64,000 nucleotides of DNA from the human T2T-CHM13v2.0 reference genome, Homo sapiens: the NCBI RefSeq assembly GCF_009914755.1, contig NC_060931.1; one strand, 5' to 3'. The notes under the pieces were generated by a model that was given only the letters and a program-made list of their open reading frames with translations, made no database searches and was not told the origin of the DNA. This document shows, piece by piece, positions 13,981 to 30,700 of the stretch; within the stretch, counting starts at the first letter, position 1; every line of letters starts with the position of its first letter. Position numbers and translations under genes: made by a program.

Positions 13981-14393
13981 ATAAGCACCACCGCCTGTGG
14001 GATTTTATGCAGGTGGCTTTCAGGCTGAATATTAAGAAAAATTTATTCAGGGATTTGGAGAAATAAAAGACCAGGAAAGGTCTCATGCAACAGTGGAATT
14101 TGATTTGTGCCTTACACACGTATAAATGGATGTTAAAATAGAGGATCAAGGTGAGATGGCATTCTTGTCAGTGGGAATAGAAGCTAAGGTGAGAAAATCG
14201 AAGAGCATGAGGCATCTTTTGAGAACTGTAGGAAGTATTGAACTACCTGGGGTGAATCTTCCATATCAGGTCTGCATGCCACAGCATCCCGTGTACTCTG
14301 GAATCCTGCCTAATCAATTTGTTTTTTTATCATTTTCTTCAATCTTATTTCTATTAGCTATCTAACATGTTGATAAACAACCTTCCTCAATAT

Positions 14394-14459
14394 TTCTATT
14401 CTATTCTATTCTATTCTATTCTATTCTATTCTATTCTATTCTATTCTATTCTATTCTAT
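14394..14459. repeat. (CTATT)n pentanucleotide repeat
   Basis: About 13 units, direct reading. Confidence 0.95.
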
Positions 14460-14999
14460 CTATATGCACACTTCCATCTTTCATTTATTTGCTTGTTTCA
14501 TTTGTTTATTGACTTTCTGTCATTCTAACTTTCCTGGGTATTCTCCTTCATTAAACAATGATTCGGTTTCTACTGTGTGCTACTGTGTCCATTGTGAAAA
14601 AGCGACACATTTGGCTTCCACCTTCAGGGAGCTGGTAATCTAAATGAGGAGAAGACAAATCAGTAGATCTTGTGATACATTAATTTAAGTGTTGTAAAAA
14701 TTTTATACGTAGGACACTTAAAAGAGAGCACACAAAACTGATTCCAGAAAGAAGAGAAGATAAATGAGCTGGATTTCTTAAAGACTGAATAGAAGCTAAC
14801 TGTGTACTCAAGAATAATAGGTCCTATATGGTAGAAAACCTATTATCAAGGCATGGGGGCAGTTAAAAAGCGTAATCTATGAAGAAGCAAATGATTCACT
14901 ATGGCTGCTTAAGGCCATCATCACTATCTTGGGGATCACTTTAGAAATCTTTGAAACTGCATCCTATTTACCTCTGCTTTTTGCAGTGCATCTTGTCCT

Positions 15000-15430
15000 C
15001 ATTTTTCATTTTGCATTCTCATTTCCACCATCATAATTAATCTCACTTCTAAATTATTGCTGAGGTCTTCAAACTGGACTCCCCACCTCCAGTATTTTTC
15101 CTGTTCCACACCAATCCATCCACTTATGACCAGATAAGTCTTTTCAAACTATCCCATTTATATGATCACTCTTTTCCTAGGAAATCTTTAGTGCTTGATG
15201 ACTGATTTTGGAAAGGGTCTGAACTGCTTATCATGCTATTCAAATCCACAATCTGGCTCTTGACTCCGTTTCCAGATTTATCTTCTGCAAATCCAGAATT
15301 TCCTTACAGTTTCTTCAAACATGTCTTATGCTTTCCCACATGCTCATCTTGGATCATTATCTTCTCTCTCCCTGAAGTGCCCTCTTGTCTTGTGTCTCTT
15401 TTTCAACACATACTTCTGCATATTTAATGC
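15000..15430 (+). mobile_element. L2 LINE fragment
   Basis: Pyrimidine-rich, L2-like motifs (caatccatcc...ccagataagtcttttcaaac...tgatcact). Confidence 0.5.
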
Positions 15431-16312
15431 AGAAATTGACAACTTATATGGGATATTAAAATAGCTGAGATTTCATGGTAAACTAATTTAACACAGAATT
15501 TTAAAAATACCTTTTGCTTGAAATCTATTAATATTATTGAGAATTTTTGTATACGCTTCCCACTTTAAAAAACATTGGAATAATTAAATTTGCTATAAAC
15601 TTTGTTAGACTGCTTTCTTGGATAATATTGAAATACTTCCATTTAAAGATTTATTTTAGCCCAAAATATTTTGAAAATTACCTCAATTTTGGATGAAGCT
15701 GAGTTACACTGAAGTAAATCATGCAAAAGTATATATTTTTTCAAATTTCAAAGCTAAATCTGTCCATTTGGTTCTTTCTTCTTTAAGAGCTCTTCTTGAT
15801 TATGATAATGATTATAATGGTGGTGGTGGAAATTTGGCTATTTTTTGGCCTGAGTAACGTGAACAGTTGCCATAATTTTACTTTCCATGTAGATTCAGAT
15901 GAACTAGCTGGCTTCTTCTGTTGACCTTCCAAAAATATGCTCTTTTTGGTACACTTAGAAGTAAATCCAAATGCTCATGAAATCCATTCTATTACTCATC
16001 AATAGAACATCTTAGATCTGATAACGAAATAATCTATGAATACTCTTCTCTGCTTTTCCTTCATTCATGTATAATTACTCAGGATCCCACCGCTTAATAA
16101 GTAATTTCTGAAGCATTTGTTATTATCGTCTGTCAGCATCATGTGTTTATTTTATCACAAAGATTATATTTTCATGGTTATATTGTAATTCTAGACGAGT
16201 AAGTCAACACACAACTTCAAGAAATAAAGTAAAAGAGTATGTGATACATATATTTAAATGAATTCCATTGGAGCTTTAAAAATATTTTTCTATAATTTGA
16301 ATAAAAATTAAG

Positions 16313-16314
<2 letters not shown>

Positions 16315-16343
<29 letters not shown>

Positions 16344-16400
16344 TTGCCTCATGGCACTCCACTATGGGCAACACAGTGAGACCTGTCTCCAAAAAAAAAA
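16315..16400 (+). mobile_element. Tiny Alu 3'-end fragment with poly-A, preceded by (TTTA)n
   Basis: gcactccactatgggcaacacagtgagacctgtctcc plus A10, flanked by aaaaattaagat repeats. Confidence 0.7.
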
Positions 16401-17416
16401 TTAAGATATTTTCTTAAGTATTATTTGTAGAGAAAGGCAGCTCATCAATAACACACCTGATTTTTTAAATTTCTTCAGTGAGGAAAAATAATGAATTTCT
16501 AGCTTTGACAAGCCACTCTATATATAGCTCACGTTTTTGGAAACAACTCAATATCTTAGCTATTGCCTTGAACTTCTTAAAATTCTGTGTAAATGTTGAG
16601 TATTATTCCTAATGCAGTTTGAATGTGTATACAAATTATAATCACTTAGATAAAGACAGAACTGTAACTATTAATATAGGTAACATGTCAATAACAGCTA
16701 ATTCCTTGTGAGACTACCTAGAAGTCATAATCCCTTTCTCAAGATTGTTAGCTGCAAATGTATTACTGGGATGAATAATACACATCCTCACATGCAGCAG
16801 AACTCTCTCCTGCCCCAGGGACATTCTGACTCATCTCAATTTTGAAAAAACAAATGAGCCAGATCCCTGTACAATTAACCCATAAAAAATATCTTTAATA
16901 ATAAAAAACAAATCCACTTTGAAACCCTCCACATGTGACGCTTCATCCTTCTAATCTCCATTTGCTTCACAATAGGATTTATTTTTACCCAGAAGGAGCT
17001 GTTCACTTGTCAAGCCCTGGATTTGAACTCCAACGGATTCATTGTTTAAAATACTGTTTTGGATTCACCCCATCTCTACTTGCTCTGGATAACATATCAA
17101 AACAGAACTACCATTGTCATCTTGACCTTAAGAGGAAAATACCCCAAAATTGCTAAAAGAATTTAATCTAATTCCCTTTTTTTGTTTCTGCAATTTGATT
17201 TATATTTTCCCCAAATACTGCCCAAGTGATATATAGTATGTTTAAGTTATTAGTCCTCTAAAAGTGCTAACAAAATGTCAAAGTGTAGATGAGTGGTAGG
17301 GTCAGCAACATTGAAGAAATAAAGACTGGAGTGCCTGGAATGAATACCTTCAGTACCATAAAATAATACTCTCTCCTGTTCCATTTTGCATTCTGTAAAC
17401 CAATATTTCTGGCAAA

Positions 17417-17418
<2 letters not shown>

Positions 17419-17461
<43 letters not shown>

Positions 17462-17479
17462 AGTGTGTGTGTGTGTGTA
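17419..17479. repeat. (TG)n microsatellite
   Basis: Direct reading. Confidence 0.95.
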
Positions 17480-17891
17480 TCCTGGAATCACCCAGCAGTA
17501 GTTGCAACCTTTATTAGCAGAGAAGTATAAGACAAAAGAACCAAAGGTGATCTTAGCTTCCTGCTCCTATTTAACTCTCCCAAATTACTGTCTGTATCTT
17601 AGCCAAGAGGCTTTTTGCTCTCAAGGTTCTCCTTACTGAAAAATATATTAAAAATTCTGCATTCTGGCTCCTTCTGACTTCCAGATATATCAAGTAGTTT
17701 CCTTCTACCTTATGACACTGGCTATAGCTGACTGTTCCCTCTGTCTGGAAAATTCTTCTATCTGACCTTCAGTGTTCTCGTTCTCTTCATTTGTGTCTCA
17801 GCTTAGATGTCACCTCTTCAGTAGGACATTTCCCTTTTACCTTAAGTAGTCAGTTACCAATTTTCCAGTTCTAATGTCCTGTTGCCACTAT

Positions 17892-18075
17892 CAGTGGGGG
17901 TGTACCTTGTAATGGCCAGAGCCAGCTGTTCAATATTCAAGAACTTTGTGAGCTGGTTGTTTAACTATTGGTAGATTGAAATCAGCCATAATAGGATATC
18001 TACAAACACTACAAGTCAGGGCTTTCTGTGTTTTGTTTGGTTTTTTGAAAGAGTTGATAGACCAGCAGAAAACTG
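17892..18075 (+). mobile_element. MER63-type hAT DNA transposon
   Basis: cagtgg...gtgagctggttgtttaactattggtagattgaaatcagcc...cagggcttt...accagcagaaaactg matches recalled MER63A. Confidence 0.7.
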
Positions 18076-20711
18076 CTTATTATTCTTTAAAAAGAAAAAA
18101 AATTACTTTTTAAATTTTGTCCTCATACTCCACTCCCAGCTATTAACCTTATAAAGGGAAGGGCATGGTTCTATTAGCCACTGTGTCTCTAGAACTTAGA
18201 GCAATTTCTGGCACATAGTAACATTCAGTAGATTTTTTTTAAATGAAAAAGTAGCTGAATAACTTGGTTTTTAGAGTAGACCATTTCACTCTGTCCTATG
18301 TCAATACATTGACCTATCATTGACTAATCATTTCTTAAGTGAACAGAGTAAATACTGTGGTAAACATATGGGGTGCCTAATCTCAAGTTATTTATGATTA
18401 TTGAACAAAAGGTGTCATGAAATGACATTTTTATAATTTAAGAAAATATTTGATCCCATATTATTGTTGACAAGGTGTGCCACCCCAGTATGTTCAGACT
18501 TGACTTTGTGGAAAATTGCTAATCTTCAAGGACTTTTAAGCAAGCAAATGATATGACTAGATTTGTGATTTAGAAAAATAATCCTAAAAGCAGTTTATGT
18601 TGGTACACAAGAAGGAGAGCTTGGCTCTGTGATGAGATAAGCGTTCAAGAGTTCAAGAGAGACAATAGGAGTCTTTATAACAATGACAATGAGGGAAGAG
18701 AAAGGGATAGATTCTAAAAATTGTCAATGGATTACAAAATGTGAACACATGTTTTGCATAACTAGTAATCAACTAATACAAATTTGAAGAGATTTTAAAA
18801 GGTAAATATGTCAAGCGTGAAAAAAAGAATCATACCACCCGGTGTTGACAAGGTGTGAGAAAACATTGCTTATGAGAGTATAAATTGTCTTAATTCTTCA
18901 GCGTTCCACTTTTGATTATTATGAAAAGGCTTAAATTTAAATTTTTCTTACTAACAGTTCCATTTGGTAAGTATCCTAGGAAAATAATCAGATGAATTTC
19001 AAATATTTATGTATAAGGATATTTAAACTAGAAAAATACTAGAAACAATCTAAACATACAATGAAGAGAGAGTGGCTAAATTATGGTGGACTTAAACTGG
19101 AATAATATGCTAGAATTAAACTTAATGTTTTGGGTCTACTAAAAATAGATGATGTAAAATGTAATTCTTAAAAGTTATTATTAGATAATTTATGTTAAAA
19201 ATCAAGAAATACAGAAGTGTAGAAAAATATTTAAAATTATTTAATAATAATTTGGTTCACATCTTTTCAGATAAGTCTCTAAATGTTTACTATCCAATCA
19301 CAAACTATGATGTAACAACATAAAATGTGGTTATGCTATACATAATAGTCTTCATATATTTTCACTTAATGTTATATCTCATAAGTCCATAGAGATCTAT
19401 ATTTTATTGTGTTGTTAAATAAATACTCGGAATTTACATTATTGTGACTTGTAAATATTTTTCCAACTGAGCTTCATAACATACTATGATGACTTTATGA
19501 GTATATCTTCTTCCTGGAGTTAGAAATTGCTTGACTCTTATATTTCATCAATTTTGCATCACTGCCTATTACTCATTCTTTCCTGAATTATATACCATAT
19601 ATAAGAACAAAGTTTCATTAAAAACATCACATAAGTCAGATAATCAATTAGTCCTTTCTCCCTCTTCCCTTACACATATATAGTAAAGGCCTCCGTCTTT
19701 CTGCTCCAATCCTGACAATTTGTTCATCAGGTCAGATGCATAGCTATTGTTCTAGGACTTATTTTCACCATTATTTTGTAAATGCTTTTGCTTCTATCCT
19801 GGATTACACTTCTTGTTTCCTTGATCCCATGGCTATGTTTTCTTTATTTCCTGATTTTGGTGGAACCTATCCTCTAGGGCTTCCTAACAAAGGATACATA
19901 TGAGATAAAATTTGGGGATCCTTGTCTATCAGTAAATGTGTTTATTCTACCCTCGCAGTTGATTTATTTTCAAACTGAGTTGTAACTTTCAGTTTTATTG
20001 TTGAGAAGCTATATGCCATCTTGTATCCTAATTGTTCCTTTCAGGAAACCTTTAAACTTTTCATCATCTCTTCCTACAACAAAAATTGGTCTAGTGCCTT
20101 CTGTATGCCCAGCACCATTCCAAATGCTGGAGATTCATTATGGAGTGAACCAGACAATCATCTCCATCCTCATGGAGCTAACATTATAGAGAGTGTATAA
20201 AAAAGAAAGTGAACATATAAAATATGAAAAAATATATAGGATATCAGATGTTCTACATGCTATGGAGAAAAATAAAGGATTGAAGTGTACAGAGAATACA
20301 GTGGGGTAAATAGCATTTTCATTAGGGGTTTTAGTAAAGACCTTAATTAAACAGCAATTATGAACAAGGGCCTAAAGGATATGAAGGAGCAACCCATAGA
20401 GCCATCTCTCTGAGAGAGAGAGAGTGTTCCACACAGAGGGAATGCCAAATGGAAAGTTTGGGAAATAGGGCCATTTAGTGTTCCAAATACTCCTAACACA
20501 TTAACAGTCTAGAACAACTTGCCTTTGGATGGCTTTCCAGTTATTGTGCAGGGCATTCCATGAGATCTCTCAACAGGGAAAAAAATATGTCATTTGTTTT
20601 AGAAAAGTGGTATTTTAATATTATTTCTTTGATAATATCTTCCTCTACAATCTATTTCTCTGTTTTCTTTCAAAATCTGAATACACAATTAAAAGACAAA
20701 GACTGTCATAG

Positions 20712-21998
20712 TGTGTCCAGAATTGGCGGGTTCTTGGTCTCACTGACTTCAAGAATGAAGCTGCAGACCCTCGCGGTGAGTGTTACAGCTCTTAAGGTGG
20801 CACGTCTGGAGTTTGTTCCTTCTGATGTTCGGATGTGTTTGGAGTTTCTTCCTTCTGGTGGGTACGTGGTCTCTCTGGCTCAGGAGTGAAGCTGCAGACC
20901 TTCGCAGTGAGTGTTACAGCTCATAAAGGCAGTGTGTACCCAAAGAGTGAGCAGCAGCAGGATTTATTGCAAAGAGCGCAAGAACAAAGCTTCCACAGTG
21001 TGGAAGGGGACCCCAGCAGGTTGCCACTGCTGGCTCAGGCAGCCTGCTTTTATTCTCTTATCTGGCCCCACCCACATCCTGCTGATTGGTAGAGCCGAGT
21101 GGTCTGTTTTAGCAGGGCGCTGATTGGTGTGTTTACAATCCCTGAGCTAGACACATAGGTTCTCCACCTCCCCACCAGAGTAGCTAGATACAGAGTGTCC
21201 ACACAAAGGTTCTCCAAGTCCCTACCAGAGTAGCTAGATACAGAGTGTCGATTGGTGCATTCACAAACCCTGAGCTAGACACAGGGTGCTGATTGGTGTG
21301 TTTACAAACCTTGAGCTAGTTACAGAGTGCTGATTGGTGTATTTACAATCCCTGAGCTAGACATAAAGATTCTTCATGTCCCCACCAGACTCAGGAGCCC
21401 AGCTGGCTTCACCCAGTGGATCCCACACCGGGGTGCAGGTGGAGCTGCCTGCCAGTCCTGCACCATGCGCCCACACTCCTCAGCCCTTGGGTGGTCGATG
21501 GGACTGGGCGCTATGGAGCAGGGGGTGGCACTCGTTGGGGAGGCTCCGGCGGCACAGGGGCGCACGGAGCAGGTAGGGGGAGGCTCAGGCATGGCAGACT
21601 GCAGGTCCGGAGCCCTGCCCCGCGGGAAGGCAGCTAAGGCCGGGGGAGAAATTGAGCACAGCAGCTGCTGGCCCAGGTGCTAGGCCCCTCACTGCCCAGT
21701 GCCGGCGGGGCCGGCCGGCTGCTCCGAGTGTGGGGCCCGCGGAGCCCACGCCCACCTGGAACTCGCGCTGGCACGCAAGCACCACGCACAGACCCGGTTC
21801 CCGCCCGCGCCTCTCCCTCCACACCTCCCCGCAAGCTGAGGGACCCAGCTCCGGCCTTGGCCAGCCCAGGAAGGGGCTCTCACTGTGCAGCGGCGGGCTG
21901 AAGGGCTCCTCAAGTGCCGCCAAAGTGGAAGCCCAGGCAGAGGAGGCGCTGAGAGTGAGCGAGGGCTGTGAGGACTGCCAGCACGCTGTCACCTCTCA
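20712..21998 (-). mobile_element. LTR12C (HERV9) complete solo LTR, antisense to ZNF804B
   Basis: Minus strand TGAGAGGTGACAGCGTGCTGGCAG ... CCAATTCTGGACACA. 4-bp TSD atag at 20708-20711 and 21999-22002. Tandem CCAAT repeats and a GC/CpG-rich U3. Confidence 0.95.
21048..21340 (-). promoter_or_regulatory. LTR12C promoter/enhancer core: five CCAAT (NF-Y) boxes, GATA-like sites and an AATAAAA TATA-like box
   Basis: ATTGG on the + strand at about 21085, 21123, 21251, 21292 and 21333; ttttatt at 21048-21054. Confidence 0.8.
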
Positions 21999-22009
21999 AT
22001 AGTTCACAA

Positions 22010-23440
22010 AAAAGACTCAACTCTGAGATGTCTACAAGAAACCCACTTCAAATATAAAGACCGATTAAAAGAAAACTAATAGAGAAACATGCACCGTGAA
22101 TACTAGCTGGAAGAGCAGCATTAATTTCAGGCAAAGCTGAGTTGAGCAAGAAGCAAAATTTTCAGAGATAAAGAGGAACATTGCATAATGATAAAGGAAT
22201 TATGTCTCCAAGAAGACATAATCTTTTATGTGTATGTATTCAACTCACAACAGAGCATGAAAATATGTGATGCAAAACCTGATAGAAATGCAAAGAGAAA
22301 CAGATGAATCCACTATTTTACTTGGAGATACCAATACCTGTTTGTCAGTAACTGACACATCTAGCAGGCATAAAATCAGTAAGAACATAGTTGAACTGAA
22401 CAGTTACATCAATCAATTGGATCTAACTTATATCTATAGAATACTTCATCCAACAGCATAAGAGTATACATTCGTCTCCAACTCACGTAAAACATTCACC
22501 AAGAAAGACTAAATTATGATTAAAAAATACACATTAAAAGTTTTTAAATAAAAAATCATACAAAATATGCTCTCAAATCACAATGTAATTAAACTAGACA
22601 CCTGTAATAAATATTTGGAAACTCACAAAACCCTTGGAGATTAAAAACACACGAATTAAATAAATATCAAAAAAGTACAAATATTTCAAGCCAAATGAAA
22701 ATGAAAATATGTCTTAGTAAAATTTGTGGAATGCGGCAAAGAGTGCTTAGAAAAAATTATAGTGTTGAATGTTATATTGAAAAAAGAAATATCAAAAATT
22801 GATAATCTAAGATCTTACCAAAAAAACTGCAAAAAGAACAGCAAATTAAATTCAAAGTAAACAGAAGAGATAAAAATTAGAGCAGAAATCAATAACACTA
22901 AAAATAAGAACCAATGGTGAAAATCAATGAAACTAAAAGCTGACTCTCTTAAAAAGATACAGTTAATGTATCTTTAATCAGGTTAACTAAGGAGAGAGAT
23001 AGACATGGGGAGGGGGAGAGAGAGAGAGAGAGAATGAGCGAGTTAGGATAATAAAGAAATAGTATAAGTGACTCTGTCCCCCCAAATTTGATAACTTTGA
23101 TGAAATGTTAATTTCTTAAAAGACACAATCTATCCAAACTCATACAAGAAGAAAACAGATTATCTGAATATTAAAGGAGAAAACTAAAGTTGGTGAGCTA
23201 ACACGATCCAGTTTCAAAAAGTACTATAAAACTAAGTATGTAAATAAGTAAATAAGACGGTATGGTATCGTCAAGAGAATAGATCAATAGATCAACAGAG
23301 CAGAGTAGAAATCCCAGAAATAGACATGCACTAATATAGTCAACTCTTGCTCTTTGACAAAGAAGTAAAGGTAATTCCATGGAGAAGATATTCTGTTGAA
23401 CAAATGGTGCTGAAACACCTGGACATCCACATACATCTGA
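22010..23440 (+). mobile_element. Old L1M ORF2 fragments (endonuclease region and later ORF2)
   Basis: ORF 22267-22461 (STILLGDTNT...NQLDLTYIYRILHP) is L1 endonuclease-like. Confidence 0.8.
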
Positions 23441-23479
23441 TTTTCTAAAAGAAGCTACAGGCCTTTTCCTAACTGTACA

Positions 23480-25932
<2,453 letters not shown>

Positions 25933-26338
25933 AATTTATTCTTTTTTAAAGGTTTATTTGCTTTTAACCAAACCTGAACCCTTAGAGTAACTGTTAATAT
26001 AATAATGAGTTTCTTAAAGTAATTCTATGGGGAACCAATAAAATTGTGCCAGAGCACACAGACATGTGGTTGTCTGACTTAGAAAGTAACTCTGAACAGA
26101 AAAATAAATATATAATGTATTTTTTATGAAATCCTCTTTTGATAAATATTTTACAATCATGAATTTGATATTTTCTTGAGAAGTATTGATTATAGCCATT
26201 TTGTTTGCATTTTAAAGGTGTACTTACATGGTTTGGCCATATTATGAAATAAATGAAGGCCAAATAAGCCTACCTCAATGTGGGGGTGGGCTTCAGTTTG
26301 AGGGGTAGGCTGGAGGAACACTGAAAAAGAGAGCTAAC

Positions 26339-26630
<292 letters not shown>

Positions 26631-27183
26631 GTTTTTTCTTAAGAAGTAGTTTTGTGTCTACTCCAGTGCATAGAGTAAAAGCCTTAGCATTTTCCACAAT
26701 GGAGTGTGAATCTATTAATTTTAGACATAATGTCATACCTGTTTGCAAAAGGGAGCTAATTCTTCAACTTAGCCAAAAAGCCATGTAAGTAAGTAATCAT
26801 TAGGAGTTTTAACTCAATATAATTTTTTGACTTATAATCCAAGATAAGCCTAGCTAATATAATGAGCTTGTTTTTAAGTAGAGGTATTAAAGATATGGCA
26901 ATTAATTGTTGAGGTGTATATATGTTAAATGATCTGTTTCTTTTGAATTATACTTCTGTGATATTCCCTTTTCTTTTTTTTTTTATTGTGGTCAACCCCC
27001 TTTTCTTTCATAATAGCTAGCTAAATGGGAGGAAGTGTATTAAATTGACTACTACTCCATACCCAGAGTCTTTACCCACTCTTAATATCAAACTAGATTC
27101 TAACTTTAGGTATAATCTACTTAACCTCTTTGAATAGTAAATGATACCTACTATATAAGATTTCCATGAAATTAAATACCACC

Positions 27184-27715
27184 TGTGATGGTTAATATTA
27201 AGTGTCAGTATGACTGGCTAGAGGGATGCCAAGATGGCTGGTGAAGCATTGTTTTTGGGTATGTCAGTGAGGGCATTTCCAGAGGAAATTGGTGTGTCAT
27301 ACAGGACCAATAGAAACAAGCAGATGAAAGCGAGGGGTTTCTGTCTGTTTCTCTTTCTGTTTCCTCGTCTCTCCCCACTCCCATTTCTCTCTCCCCATTC
27401 CATAAGGAAACACCTTTCTCCTCCTTTCCTTGGACATCAGACTCCAGGTTCTTTGGCTCTTGAATTATGTGACTTGAATTAGCAGCCTCCTGGGGTCTCT
27501 CGGGTGTTCAGCCTCAGACTGGGAGATGCACTGTTGTCTTTCCTGATTCTAAAGCTTTCAGACTAGGACTGATCCATGCCACTGGCTTCTCTGGTTCTCC
27601 ACCTTGCAGATGGCCTCTCATGAAATTTCCCTGACTCTGTGAGTTCATTTCCCTAATAAACCCTCTCTCTTATTTCTTATTGGTTCTCTCTCTCTGGAGA
27701 ATTTGGACTATTACA
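27184..27715 (+). mobile_element. MLT2 (ERVL) solo LTR inserted in a MIR
   Basis: Starts TGTGATGGTTAATATTAAGTGTCA and ends ...GACTATTACA; 5-bp TSD ccacc / ccatc. Confidence 0.85.
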
Positions 27716-30700
27716 CCATCATAAACTCTCTCAATGCAGTGCTTAATCCAATAAATACTTCTATAGTAAAAATATATTTTTTATTTTTATTTTTAATCTG
27801 CATGTAATTGTCTCCTTATCTTTTTATTCTCTATGAGAGCATCAGTTTTCCAGTTTATCCAATATCATAAAATGACAAAACAAAAAAGTAAAAATATAAT
27901 CAAACCTTTCCTCACTCAACTAGAAATTTCTGTTTATTTTTTCCAGAGAAATATAGAAATATCTGAATCTTAAAGAACCTTATAAAACCATTAGGTATTA
28001 GCAGATGCAGGTGTATATTGCACTTTCACATATTAAATTATTGTCAAGTCTTCTCCATAAAGTCAAAAGCTAAATGGAAGTAAACGAAAAGAGAACTTCA
28101 CACGAAGTAATGGTGGGACACAATGGTCCATGGTGGTACACATGGACTAAATCCATATCAAAAATCTGAGTTACCCTCCACTTAAAATAATTCCATATGT
28201 TTCAAACACAATTAAGGAAACTGGAATACATTTGAGATTCAATTTTGAATAACTAATGTGTGTTAAATTTGAGCAGTATAAAAGCTGCCCTTTGCAAAAA
28301 CATCCTGGATCCAGATATATATTTGAAAAAAAGAACTTAATTGGCTATAATAATAGCAGTGATGGTCACCTATTCTTTAGGACAGTTTTTTAAAAAACTG
28401 TTTGAGGCTGAAATATATTTGCCTTCTGTGGGCAAAACCTGATGACCATATTAATTTAGGCCCCAATTTTTTTTTTTTCTGAGGAATGTAACAATTGACT
28501 AAACTGAAATGAAATACTCTTATTTGAATGCTTCCCACAATGTCTTTGTACTCAGAACAAATATTTAGAAATAGGTAGTAAATAAATGTGTATCAAAAGA
28601 ATAAAGTCTATTAACATTAAAATAAGATAAAAAGAAAATTTTAAACAAATTTTGTATCAAAACCACATTCTTTATGTATGTTTTGTGGGGGAAACCATAT
28701 ATCTGTTTTCAAAGTTGGCTCCCAAATTTTTGTAGCTTCTCAAATACACATCAAGTTATAATGCTTAGTAGGTGTAATAATATTTGTCAATGACCTCAGC
28801 AGGTAAATTTTTATCATTACTTGGCCTCCATATTTGATTAAATTCAATCAACATTTATTTAGCTCCTACCATTTGCAAAGATCTGCCTAATGTGATTTGA
28901 GGAGAAAACTGAAGTAAGACATGTCTCTAGTCTTTAGGAAGCTTCCATATGCACGGTAACTAGATATCCAGATTTCATTTGGAAACCAGTAGACTCTTGA
29001 GCATATGTAATGATTCCTAGAGCGGTGAGGTGAGAAGAGGAGAGCATGTAAGATAAGTATACATGTAAATCTAACATATTGAGCCAACTGTTATGAAAAT
29101 TACAAAATTCCCCATGGTGATTAAAATAAGAGAAAATAAGATCAATATGAAAATCATTAATGGACAGCAAAGTTCCATTCATACATATATAGAGAAAAGA
29201 AATAATTCTCAAGGCAATTAAAATTAGAACTTTCCAATTTATCTGATGCACATGTGACATTCACCTGGTCATTTAGTGTAATTAGAAATTCACATTAGTC
29301 ATATTAAATTCATGGTAAAATACAAAGAGTTCAGAATCCCAAACCATAGTGAGATTTAAAATTATGTTTATGTTTGAGAGAATAAATTGAGATTAGCATA
29401 CATAATTTAAGTTTTATGAAATCATTCTCTTAGATTTAATAGATGGTGCTTTTATATAAGGAAATGAACATGGCTCATCTCGCTGTATTCTTTTTGCAAT
29501 TCCATAAAAATATTCTGACAAGTAATTTTAGAATCTGGAAGTCTTGTTTTTGGGGTTAGACTATTGTTTTCTAATTAATATAATTTTAAAGTTTAAATTT
29601 ATTTTTCAGATTTTACATGTGAAACATTAGGAAAGATTAATACATTGCTAATGACATGAAGGTAGTATGGAAAAGTAGGCAGAATAGCAACCCAAAGTCT
29701 AAAGCTATGACTCCACCATTAATAAACACTTAGAATTTAGTAATGTCACATTGTGTTTCTTAGTTTTAATATTCATGTGAAAATTACGATAATAACACAT
29801 ATCTCACCCAGAAGAAAAAAAAATTGTGAAGAAACTTAGAAGTTCTAAAAATATAAGGTATAATGTAAACATGAATAACAATAACATTTATAGCTTGATG
29901 TTTTTTCAGGCCTTGTAATTTTCAAAATATGTGTATATAGTTAGCTGATTAGAAGAAAATATGGTTGACTCATTACTGTGGAAATAGCCTGATACAGTGA
30001 AAAGGCCATGTTTTCAGTTAGAAGACTTAGATTTGAGCCCTAGTCCAATCACTTTTTAGTTTTCTGGTTTCTGTCACATCATTCATCCTTACTGAATACC
30101 TTCAGTTTCCTTAGGTGTGATCTATCTGAGGCTCATAGATCTGTCCCATCCACTTGAAAATGTTGATGTGATGATGATGATGAGTTCAGATGAAGCATGT
30201 TAAAGTACTTCATAAGTTCCTAAACAAATATAACTTTATTTTTCTTATCTTGATTTTCTAAACAAATTCATTTGTGTAGTATGTTAGCTCTAGGCAGAAG
30301 GTGCAGGAATAAGTACAGTTCAGAGAAGCTGTAGTGGGGTAGTCAATGGCTTCCAAGCCTGAGTCAGAACTGTCAATCTTAGGTTCACAGCTGGGTGTGC
30401 TCCAGAGAAACTGGACCATAGGAACTGCCTGTCATGAAGTTTTATAACTATTCCAACTATTCGGTGCAAGGTGATTGCTGCCAGCACTTCTCTATATGCT
30501 ATGGGAAAATTACACACCAAAGATCTGTCATATACAATTGCTTTATTCCAGATACTCACAATCCAGACAGAGAGATAATAAACACAAAAGTACTCTAATA
30601 AGAATAAAGAGTTTAAAACCATTTACCAAGTTTCACAAAGAAGAAACTGTTAATTGACAAATGACAAGTTAAGAAAATAATTGCCCCTCTCACAAATACT

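Noticed and set aside
21327-22002. Cluster of GC-rich ORFs / apparent CpG-island gene start
   Set aside because: It lies entirely within the LTR12C U3 region, where high GC content suppresses stop codons.
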